Below, in pieces: positions 1 through 7,113 of a stretch of 24,807 nucleotides of DNA. The notes beneath the pieces are model-generated. The model was given only the letters and a program-made list of their open reading frames with translations, did not search any database and had not been told where the DNA came from. The stretch's first letter is position 1, and every line of letters starts with the position of its first letter. A program made the translations under genes and the position numbers. Source of the stretch: a virus (taxonomy: Duplodnaviria > Caudoviricetes); IMG/VR virus record IMGVR_UViG_3300025889_000892, positions 1-24,807 of that record. One strand, given 5' to 3'.

Positions 1-512
1 CTAAATAAAAATTTATCATTATCATCTAATTTATTTTGATCGTTTTCTAAATATAGCCAATCACCAATAATTAATTCATCACATGAATCTATCATATCAA
101 CCTTTATACCTTTAAATGCTCTAGGGTAATTATAAAATGGTAATGATGACGTTATTCTTAATGGGTTACTTTTAAATAAATTATCAAATGATTCATCACC
201 TATGTTTCTTAAAATTTCATTATACTTAGTAATTAAAACAGCTCTTTCACAGTCTATTTTCCCGTGTGTTATATTTTGAAAAATACTTTTTATAGCAATA
301 GATGGCTTTGTTTTTGCTTTTATACCAAAACCATAAGAAACAAAATGTGGTGAATCTATATCTAGTCTTTCCCCTGGATATGGATACCTAAAGTTATTAT
401 TTAAATATGAAAAATTATCTTGAATTAATACAGATTCAAACTCTTGCTCTAATTGCCTTGGTATTGTGCATTTTTTAAATATTTCATTTTTATTTGCTAT
501 TATTTTTTTCAT
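1..512 (-). CDS. Tgl-like (protein-glutamine gamma-glutamyltransferase / transglutaminase-like) protein, runs off the left edge (partial, >170 aa)
   Basis: Hand translation from ATG at 512 is open to position 1: MKKIIANKNEIF...KPSIAIKSIFQNITHGKIDCERAVLITKYNEILRNIGDESFDNLF...GDWLYLENDQNKLDDNDKFLF. It aligns by eye with B. subtilis Tgl as recalled (PSKAIRDIAENGPFYAFECATAIVIIYYLALIDTIGEDKFNASF...GDCLYFKN). Confidence 0.7.
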   Translation of the reverse strand, partial: MKKIIANKNEIFKKCTIPRQLEQEFESVLIQDNFSYLNNNFRYPYPGERLDIDSPHFVSYGFGIKAKTKPSIAIKSIFQNITHGKIDCERAVLITKYNEILRNIGDESFDNLFKSNPLRITSSLPFYNYPRAFKGIKVDMIDSCDELIIGDWLYLENDQNKLDDNDKFLF

Positions 513-518
513 GATTAT

Positions 519-554
519 ATTATGAATCATGAGTTAATAATTGTCAACTATTAA
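519..554 (-). promoter_or_regulatory. sigma70-type promoter with operator-like palindrome; predicted leaderless transcript
   Basis: TTGACA (547-542), 17 nt spacer, CATAAT (524-519); predicted +1 falls on the ATG at 512; -35 lies within TTAATAATTG-T-CAACTATTAA. Confidence 0.7.
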
Positions 555-2005
555 TAACCCATAGCCCCATACTTACGATCATCAATCCATTCAGGTGATT
601 CTATTTCTTGTCGCTCCATTTTAATACATTCATATTTTATTATATCCATAAAGTGATCATCTTTTTTTAATGGTTTGTTAATCATTTCTTTTTTATCTTG
701 CATTTTAGCCGTTGCATAAGTATCCCAACTATATCGACTAAATTCCCAAAGCACCCCAGTTAAGTCATTAAACACATATAACTTAGGTTTTCGTTTAACC
801 TCACCTGATATAGTTTTGACGACTTTGATACGTTTCTTAACAGCATTTATACCCATTGCATTGTCTTTCGCACAAAGTATAGTATCAATACCATTTCTTT
901 GAAATTCCAAGCGAATCGTATGATTGTTTTCTTGATCTTCATCTGGATGTCTAAATATAACATCTGGTTTCTGTGATGATGTATCTATCTGACAAAATAA
1001 AGGCTTTAGACCATCTCTTTTAGTTATAATCATCCTAGCATAATCGGCAATAATCATTGATTCTACAGGTGCTTTAAGTTCTTCAACAACATATATTGTA
1101 TCTTCTTGATGATCATATAAAAATCGACACCAATGATGACAAGTTTTTTCGTGGGGGTCGACGCCCTCATGCAACTCATATCTACCAGGATTATCTTTAA
1201 TCATTCTTTTATAATTAAATCTATCTACCTTATTAATTTCTCCAAATTCTTTATAAACTAACCCTTGTGATAAATGCGGTTTACCTAATACCCGACTTTC
1301 ATATTCATCGGGGTCAACGGTTGTTAAATAATTTTCTTTTGCTTGTTCTGAAATAAAAGGGTTATCAAGTATGCTTAAAACAGTTGTTTCAACTAGCTTG
1401 TTATTTGATTCCCATAAAAAATTGACTAACCTTGTAAACCCACTAAGCGATGTAAATGTAAACATAACAACACCATCTCTATCTGTTGTTCTAGCTAGTG
1501 ATTCTTGGTAAAAGTCCCAGGGACATTCCTCATCTAACCAAATTAAATCAAGATCCATACCTTGAATTGCTTCCCTACCTTGTTGATATGATCTAAATAT
1601 TGATTTAGCACCATTTTTCATTAAAAGAATATCATTATTATAACCTCTAATTGGATTATATTTTCCGTAGTCTACTTCACTTTTTTTAATTAATTTATTT
1701 ATTTTGGCCTGTTGAACTTGTACACTTAATTTATAATCAACTGTTGCGCACATAATTTGTATATTAGGCACTTCTTCAAGAATTTGTGCGACAACACCGG
1801 CACCTAATTCAGTTTTTCCCGATCTGTTACCGCCAAATGTAACAAATATTTTTTTTTCACCGCCATATTTTATGCGATCAATTATAGTATTACGCATCTT
1901 GAATTGTTTTTCATACTTTTCCCATTGCATGAAATCAAGCATGTTTTCATTTCTATATTGTTTATATTTTAATAATTTATTTCTTAAATGTATTAAATTA
2001 TTCAT
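551..2005 (-). CDS. terL: Terminase large subunit
   Basis: Walker A GGNRSGKT, Walker B LIWLDEE, coupling motif FTFTS, C-terminal RNase H-like nuclease (GVDP ... DDHFMD). Confidence 0.95.
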   Translation of the reverse strand: MNNLIHLRNKLLKYKQYRNENMLDFMQWEKYEKQFKMRNTIIDRIKYGGEKKIFVTFGGNRSGKTELGAGVVAQILEEVPNIQIMCATVDYKLSVQVQQAKINKLIKKSEVDYGKYNPIRGYNNDILLMKNGAKSIFRSYQQGREAIQGMDLDLIWLDEECPWDFYQESLARTTDRDGVVMFTFTSLSGFTRLVNFLWESNNKLVETTVLSILDNPFISEQAKENYLTTVDPDEYESRVLGKPHLSQGLVYKEFGEINKVDRFNYKRMIKDNPGRYELHEGVDPHEKTCHHWCRFLYDHQEDTIYVVEELKAPVESMIIADYARMIITKRDGLKPLFCQIDTSSQKPDVIFRHPDEDQENNHTIRLEFQRNGIDTILCAKDNAMGINAVKKRIKVVKTISGEVKRKPKLYVFNDLTGVLWEFSRYSWDTYATAKMQDKKEMINKPLKKDDHFMDIIKYECIKMERQEIESPEWIDDRKYGAMGY

Positions 2006-2008
2006 AGA

Positions 2009-2152
2009 TTATTCAATAATATAAAGAATTATATCTAAAATAATTTTTATTAAAAATAATGAAAGATATATCAAACCAATAGCTATAATAAATCCAAAAA
2101 CTGATTCGAAAAAATATTGGCCCCAATTAAAATCTGCTTGAAAAAAACTCAT
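2009..2152 (-). CDS. Small single-pass membrane protein (47 aa), not in the ORF track
   Basis: MSFFQADFNWGQYFFESVFGFIIAIGLIYLSLFLIKIILDIILYIIE; GGGAG SD upstream; fills the gap between the repeat array and terL. Confidence 0.65.
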   Translation of the reverse strand: MSFFQADFNWGQYFFESVFGFIIAIGLIYLSLFLIKIILDIILYIIE

Positions 2153-2176
2153 CACATACTCCCTATAAGATCCTTA

Positions 2177-3004
2177 TCAATTTTTATATTGTGAAAAAAA
2201 CCCTAAACTTTTTTTAATTCCTTCACTAGCGTATTTAAGTGCATCACCATCCTTTTTCACAGCGGCAAGGACAACATCTGAATTGTTTCTTAGGTCGTCA
2301 CTGGCGTAGTGAAGTGCAAAACCATCTTGTTTCACAGCAGCAAGGACAACCTCTTTATCATTTTTTATCTTATCACTGGCGTATTGAAGTGCCAAACCAC
2401 TCTGATTCACAGCGGCAAGGACAACATCTGAATTGTTTCTTAGGTCGTCACTAGCGTATTGAAGTGCCCAACCATCCTGTTTCACAGCATAAAGTACAAC
2501 ATCTTTATTGTTTTTTAATTCATCACTGGCGAATTGAAGTGCAAAACCACTCTTTTTCACAGCGGCAAGGACAAACTCTTTATCGGTTCTTAGGTCGTCA
2601 CTAGCGTATTGAAGTGTAGAACCATTCTTTTTCACAGCGGCAAGGACAACCTCTTTATCCTTTCTTAGGTCGTCACTTGCGCATTGAAGTGCATATACAT
2701 TCTCTTTCACAGCAGCTAAAACAACTTCTTTATCATTTCTTAGTTCCCAACTAGCCCATTTAAGTACCGAATAATTGCACTCACAGTCTAAAACTTTCTC
2801 ATAATCTAGATTCACAGCTACAAGTACAACCTCTTTATCGTTTTTTAGCTTATCACTAGCGTATTGAAGTGCCCAACCATCCTGTTTCACAGCATAAAGT
2901 ACAACCTCTTTATCGTTTCTTAGTTCGGCACTAGCGTATTCAAGCGCCCAACCATTCTCTTTCACAGCGGCAATTGCTTTTTCTTTATCATCATATATTC
3001 TCAT
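2177..3004 (-). CDS. DUF4116-like helical repeat protein (10 x 25-aa repeats, one with a 10-aa insertion)
   Basis: Repeat consensus NDKEVVLAAVKQNGxALQYASDELK; AGGAG SD in the tail of the upstream gene. Confidence 0.9.
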   Translation of the reverse strand: MRIYDDKEKAIAAVKENGWALEYASAELRNDKEVVLYAVKQDGWALQYASDKLKNDKEVVLVAVNLDYEKVLDCECNYSVLKWASWELRNDKEVVLAAVKENVYALQCASDDLRKDKEVVLAAVKKNGSTLQYASDDLRTDKEFVLAAVKKSGFALQFASDELKNNKDVVLYAVKQDGWALQYASDDLRNNSDVVLAAVNQSGLALQYASDKIKNDKEVVLAAVKQDGFALHYASDDLRNNSDVVLAAVKKDGDALKYASEGIKKSLGFFSQYKN

Positions 3005-3638
3005 TATTAAATCTCCTTAAACTTTCTTGAAGTTCTTCACTAGCGTATTGAAGTGCATCACCATTCTGTTTCACAGCGGCAATGACAAACTCTTTATCGT
3101 TTCTTAGGTCGTCACTGGCGCAATAAAGTGCAGAAGCACGCTCTTTCACAGCGGAAAGGACAAACTCTTTATCGTTTCTTAGGTCGTCACTGGCGCAATA
3201 AAGTGCAGAAGCACGCTCTTTCACAGCGGCAAGGACAACCTCTGGATTGTTTCTTAGGTCGTCACTAGCGAATTGAAGTACCCAGCCATGCTCTTTCACA
3301 GCGGCAAGGACAACCTCTTTATTGTTACTTAGGTCGGCACTGGCGAATTCAAGTGCCCAACCACTCTTTTTCACAGCAGCAAGGATAAACTCTTTATCAT
3401 TTCTTAGTTCATAACTGGCGTATTGAATTGCATCACAATTCTGTTTTACAGCGGCAAGGACAAACTCTTTGTCGTTTCTTAGTTCTTCACTGGCGAATCG
3501 AAGTGCACCACCATACTGATTCACAGCGGCAAGGACAACCTCTTTATTGTTTTTTAGGTCATCACTGGCGTATTGAAGTCTACCACCATCCTCTTTTACA
3601 GCTGCAATTGCTTTTTCTTTATCATTATATATTATCAT
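2991..3638 (-). CDS. DUF4116-like helical repeat protein (8 repeats)
   Basis: Same 25-aa repeat; N-cap MIIYNDKEKAIAAVK, C-cap ESLRRFNNENI. Confidence 0.9.
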   Translation of the reverse strand: MIIYNDKEKAIAAVKEDGGRLQYASDDLKNNKEVVLAAVNQYGGALRFASEELRNDKEFVLAAVKQNCDAIQYASYELRNDKEFILAAVKKSGWALEFASADLSNNKEVVLAAVKEHGWVLQFASDDLRNNPEVVLAAVKERASALYCASDDLRNDKEFVLSAVKERASALYCASDDLRNDKEFVIAAVKQNGDALQYASEELQESLRRFNNENI

Positions 3639-4122
3639 TATTAAATCTCCTTAAACTTTCTTGAAGTTCTTCACTAGCGTATCGAAGTGCCCAACCATTC
3701 TGATTCACAGCGGCAAGGACAACCTCTTTATTGTTTCTTAGGTCGTCACTGGCGTATTGAAGTGCAGAACCACGCTCTTTCACAGCGGCAAGGACAACCT
3801 CTTTATCGTTTCTTAGGTCGTCACTGGCGTATTCAAGTGCAAAACCCTCCTGTTTCACAGCGGCAAGGACAACATCTTTATTGTTTTTTAGTTCATAACT
3901 AGCGCGTTGAAGTGCAAAACCCTCCTGTTTCACAGCGGCAAGGACAACATCTTTATTGTTTTTTAGGTCGTCACTGGCAAAAAAAAGTGCCAAACCATCC
4001 TGTTTCACAGCGGCAAGGACAACCTCTTTGTCGTTTCTTAGTTCATAACTGGCGTATTGAAGTCTACCACCATCCTCTTTTACAGCTGCAATTGCTTTTT
4101 CTTTATCATTATATATTCTCAT
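3625..4122 (-). CDS. DUF4116-like helical repeat protein (6 repeats)
   Basis: Same 25-aa repeat; N-cap MRIYNDKEKAIAAVK, C-cap ESLRRFNNDNI. Confidence 0.9.
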   Translation of the reverse strand: MRIYNDKEKAIAAVKEDGGRLQYASYELRNDKEVVLAAVKQDGLALFFASDDLKNNKDVVLAAVKQEGFALQRASYELKNNKDVVLAAVKQEGFALEYASDDLRNDKEVVLAAVKERGSALQYASDDLRNNKEVVLAAVNQNGWALRYASEELQESLRRFNNDNI

Positions 4123-4606
4123 TATTAAAACTCCTTAAACTTCCTTGAAGTTCTTTACTTGCGCATTGAAGTGCATATACATTCTCTTTTACAGCGGCAA
4201 TGACAACCTCTTTATTGTTTTTTAGTTCTTCACTAACGTAATGAAGTGCAAAACCATTCTCTTTCACAGCGGCAAGGACAACTTCTTTATCATTTTTTAG
4301 CTCATCACTGGCGAATTCAAGTGCCCAACCGTTCTGTTTTACAGCAGCAATGACAACTTCTTTATCATTTTTTAGCTCATCACTGGCGTAGTTAAGTGAC
4401 ATCCAATTCTGTTTCACAGCAGCAAGTACAACCTCTAAATTGTTTCTTAGTTCATCACTGGCGCATTGAAGTGTCCAACCGTTTTCTTTTACAGCAGCAA
4501 GGACAACCTCTTTATCGTTTTTTAGGTCGTCACTAATGTATGGAAGTACCCAAGGATTCTGTTTCACAGCGGCAATTGCTTTTTCTTTATCATCATATAT
4601 TATCAT
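4109..4606 (-). CDS. DUF4116-like helical repeat protein (6 repeats)
   Basis: Same 25-aa repeat; N-cap MIIYDDKEKAIAAVK, C-cap GSLRSFNNENI; ATGA overlap with upstream gene. Confidence 0.9.
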   Translation of the reverse strand: MIIYDDKEKAIAAVKQNPWVLPYISDDLKNDKEVVLAAVKENGWTLQCASDELRNNLEVVLAAVKQNWMSLNYASDELKNDKEVVIAAVKQNGWALEFASDELKNDKEVVLAAVKENGFALHYVSEELKNNKEVVIAAVKENVYALQCASKELQGSLRSFNNENI

Positions 4607-5745
4607 CTGAAAATAAACTCATAATCATCATTAAGGTAGTTAAGAACCTCACGATTTTGTTTCACAAGGGTACGTAAAAAATCTTTATCTTTTTGTAAGA
4701 AATAACATGCGTGTTCAATTGCCTCGGCATTCTGCTTTACAGCAGCGCGTACAAATTGCTTATCGTTATTAAAGCTTGGGGCAAAAAAAAGTGATTTAGC
4801 ATTCTCTTTGACCGCTTCAAATACAAACTTTTTATCTTTTTTTAAATAAGCACTGGCATGTTTAAATGCATAACCATACTTTTTTACAGCAGCAAGCACA
4901 ACATCTTTATCGTTTTTTAATTCATCACTGGCAAATTCAAGAATTGATTTATAGTAAGATTCTATACCATCCATATTTACAGCGACAAGTACAACTTGTT
5001 TATCATTTTTCAGGGAATCACTGGCAAATTCAAGTGCAAAACCATTCTGTTTTACAGCCGCAAGAACAACCTTTTTATCGTTTTGAAAGCTTGGTGCATA
5101 TTCAAGCACCATCCCATTTTTTTTCATAGCTTCAATAACAAATTCTCTATTATTTTTGAGTTCTTCACTGGCATATTGAAATGACTTACTATTTCGATCG
5201 TCACCGACATATTGGTGAATTGCCACACCATGCTTATCAATAGCTGCAAGAACAACTTCTTTATCATTTTTTAACTCATGACTTGCGTATTTAAGATGAT
5301 AACCATTATGTTTCACAGCAGCAAGAACAACCTCTTTATCATTTCTGAATTTAGCACTTGCATATTCAAGTGCCCCACGCTCCTGTTTCACAGCTTCAAG
5401 CACAACCTCTTTCTCATTTTTTAGTTTGAAACCGGTGAATTCAAGTGCCGGACCATAATCTTTGATAGCGGCAAGTACAATTTCTTTATCATTTTTGAAT
5501 TCGTCATAGACGTATTCAAGTACATGACCTGAATCTTTCACAGCGGTAAGTATAAACTCCTTATCGTTTCTTAGTTCTTCACTGGCATATTTAAGTGACC
5601 CAGGGCTTTGTTGTATAGCACTAAGCATAAATTCCTTATTATTGCTTTGTTGCTCAGTGAGGTAATTAAGACGAAAACCATTCTCAAAATCAGGCGATCC
5701 CCATACTTTACCGGCATAAGGATCTGTATAATATTTTGTATTCAT
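4603..5745 (-). CDS. DUF4116-like helical repeat protein (about 13 more divergent repeats, unique N-terminus)
   Basis: Repeats such as NDKEVVLAAVKHNGYHLKYASHELK; two repeats carry insertions. Confidence 0.88.
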   Translation of the reverse strand: MNTKYYTDPYAGKVWGSPDFENGFRLNYLTEQQSNNKEFMLSAIQQSPGSLKYASEELRNDKEFILTAVKDSGHVLEYVYDEFKNDKEIVLAAIKDYGPALEFTGFKLKNEKEVVLEAVKQERGALEYASAKFRNDKEVVLAAVKHNGYHLKYASHELKNDKEVVLAAIDKHGVAIHQYVGDDRNSKSFQYASEELKNNREFVIEAMKKNGMVLEYAPSFQNDKKVVLAAVKQNGFALEFASDSLKNDKQVVLVAVNMDGIESYYKSILEFASDELKNDKDVVLAAVKKYGYAFKHASAYLKKDKKFVFEAVKENAKSLFFAPSFNNDKQFVRAAVKQNAEAIEHACYFLQKDKDFLRTLVKQNREVLNYLNDDYEFIFR

Positions 5746-6161
5746 TATTTTAAATAATCCATTAATTCATTTATTATTTTTTCTGTAGTATGTTGCGTGG
5801 ATGTAGCATATTTTTTTAATGCTGACATTATAATATCTTTATCTTTTCTTAAATCATTTTTTATATATTGAAATGTTGATGGCTTTTTACTTACCGCTGC
5901 TATCACAATATCTTTATCTTTTTTTAGTTCATCACTAACAAAATAAAGACTATGCGGAAATTGATTAACCGCTGCTAGCGCAACGTCTTTATCATTTTTC
6001 AATTCGTCACTAACATATTGAAATACCTTACCGTCTTTTGTAACCGCAGCAATAACAACCTCTTTGTTGTTTTTTATATCATCATTAGCATTTATCAAAT
6101 CTAATGGTTTTTTTTTCACATAGTCTACTATTAATTTTTTATCTAAAGAATTTATAGTCAT
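5745..6161 (-). CDS. DUF4116-like helical repeat protein (about 4-5 divergent repeats), first gene of the array
   Basis: NNKEVVIAAVTKDGKVFQYVSDELK-type repeats; GGAGG SD upstream; TAATG overlap with next gene. Confidence 0.85.
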   Translation of the reverse strand: MTINSLDKKLIVDYVKKKPLDLINANDDIKNNKEVVIAAVTKDGKVFQYVSDELKNDKDVALAAVNQFPHSLYFVSDELKKDKDIVIAAVSKKPSTFQYIKNDLRKDKDIIMSALKKYATSTQHTTEKIINELMDYLK

Positions 6162-6191
6162 ATTATTACCTCCAATTATATTGTATATAAT

Positions 6192-6223
6192 ATAATAACG
6201 TATCTGTTAACAGGTGTCAACTA
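6192..6223 (-). promoter_or_regulatory. sigma70-type promoter for the repeat-protein array (proximal)
   Basis: TTGACA (6220-6215), 17 nt, TATTAT (6197-6192); -35 in TAGTTGACA motif. Confidence 0.7.
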
Positions 6224-6237
6224 ATAATAGACTGTAT

Positions 6238-6303
6238 TGCACCCTCTAGTTAGGTAATAATAATTATGAAAGACTTTTACAAGCTTAATTATTTGAGGGT
6301 GCA
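6238..6303 (-). ncRNA. Candidate structured RNA / leader hairpin of about 66 nt
   Basis: TGCACCCTC/GAGGGTGCA outer stem, AATAATTA/TAATTATT inner stem, CTT-GTAA-AAG GNRA-type apex; begins at the predicted +1 of the promoter at 6309-6337. Confidence 0.4.
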
Positions 6304-6308
6304 TATAT

Positions 6309-6340
6309 ATTTTATTTTATATATTAATAGATGTCAACTA
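6309..6340 (-). promoter_or_regulatory. sigma70-type promoter (distal), upstream of hairpin and repeat array
   Basis: TTGACA (6337-6332), 17 nt, TAAAAT (6314-6309); -35 in TAGTTGACA motif. Confidence 0.72.
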
Positions 6341-6347
6341 ATAATTA

Positions 6348-6401
6348 ACACCTCTTAAAGTTAGAATCGTGGCTAAGGGGAGGCTGAACTAAAAGAGGTG
6401 T
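6348..6401 (-). terminator. Stem-loop just downstream of terS; possible terminator or structured RNA
   Basis: ACACCTCTT (6348-6356) / AAGAGGTGT (6393-6401) plus inner AGTT/AACT; followed by an A/U-rich tract, but large loop and no clean U-run. Confidence 0.4.
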
Positions 6402-6410
6402 ATTAATACA

Positions 6411-6869
6411 CTACATTATTTGTTCAGATTTAATAAGGCTTGCTATCTCTTTCTTTAATGTTTCAGGATCAACATTTCCATCGGTATTAGTTTGCTCAAT
6501 GGTATCCTTCCAACCAAATTGTTTTAATGCAAAAATAGGACCCGCAGCACCGTTGTTTTTATTGAGAGAACGCTCATAACTTGACTCAACAAATGTTCTC
6601 GCTACTTTTAGTAAGTCGGAGAATTCAGGGTATTCCATGTACTCATAAAATTGTGATCTGCCATAAAAACCACAAACCATTGCTAAACCTGTTATTGTAG
6701 GTTTTTCGTTAAATTCTAGGTCCTGAGAACAATGCTCAAAATATTTTATGATCTTTTTCTGAATATCTTTGAATTTAAATTTTTTAGGTTGTCCAGCAGT
6801 TATTGGTAAGTTTTTAGGCTCTTCAATGTCTTTGATATTTTGAATCGCGATCAAATCGGCGTAGTTCAT
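6411..6869 (-). CDS. terS: Terminase small subunit (P22 gp3-like DNA packaging protein)
   Basis: GQPKKF...KYFEHC...KPTITGLAMVCGF..RSQFYEY...EFSDLLKVARTFVE...GPIFALKQFGWKD matches the gp3-type small terminase pattern. Confidence 0.88.
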   Translation of the reverse strand: MNYADLIAIQNIKDIEEPKNLPITAGQPKKFKFKDIQKKIIKYFEHCSQDLEFNEKPTITGLAMVCGFYGRSQFYEYMEYPEFSDLLKVARTFVESSYERSLNKNNGAAGPIFALKQFGWKDTIEQTNTDGNVDPETLKKEIASLIKSEQIM

Positions 6870-6900
6870 GCCTTATACATACCATAAATTTTAAAATGAA

Positions 6901-7113
6901 TCAATCATAACCTTTTCGTCTAATAAAATACGGGCATTCATTATTTTCATTTAAAACATTTTTTACTTTTACATTTCGTTTAGTAAATTCTTGTAAAGTC
7001 ATCCTTCTTTTCATTCCTTCACTAAGCTTATCAAGTGCCAAATCTTTTAGCTCACACTCATTAGTAGGAAAATACATATACACACATAAATCATCACATT
7101 TAGATTTACTCAT
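6901..7113 (-). CDS. Hypothetical protein with four Cys (possible metal binding)
   Basis: 70-aa ORF, TAATG overlap with VRR-NUC gene, GGAGG SD. Confidence 0.6.
   Translation of the reverse strand: MSKSKCDDLCVYMYFPTNECELKDLALDKLSEGMKRRMTLQEFTKRNVKVKNVLNENNECPYFIRRKGYD

Larger units (their letters stand above)
2210..6100. repeat. Coding tandem repeat with 75-nt period across six genes
   Basis: Recurring + strand blocks such as ttcacagcggcaaggacaac, tcttaggtcgtcact and gtattgaagtgc at 75-nt spacing; near-exact adjacent duplicates at about 3090-3230 and 3835-3970. Confidence 0.95.

Noticed and set aside
2177-4606. Diversity-generating retroelement (TR/VR pairs)
   Set aside because: No reverse transcriptase in the window, all copies are coding, and differences do not appear adenine-specific by eye; an RT elsewhere in the genome cannot be excluded
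2239-5184. Plus-strand ORFs with repeating SQRQGQ motifs (2239, 3428, 3687, 3912, 4866, 4996)
   Set aside because: Antisense shadows of the repeat genes; no SD or promoter support
2177-6161. CRISPR array suggested by regular conserved/variable alternation
   Set aside because: Period is 75 nt in open reading frames with codon-type variation; no unique spacers or cas genes
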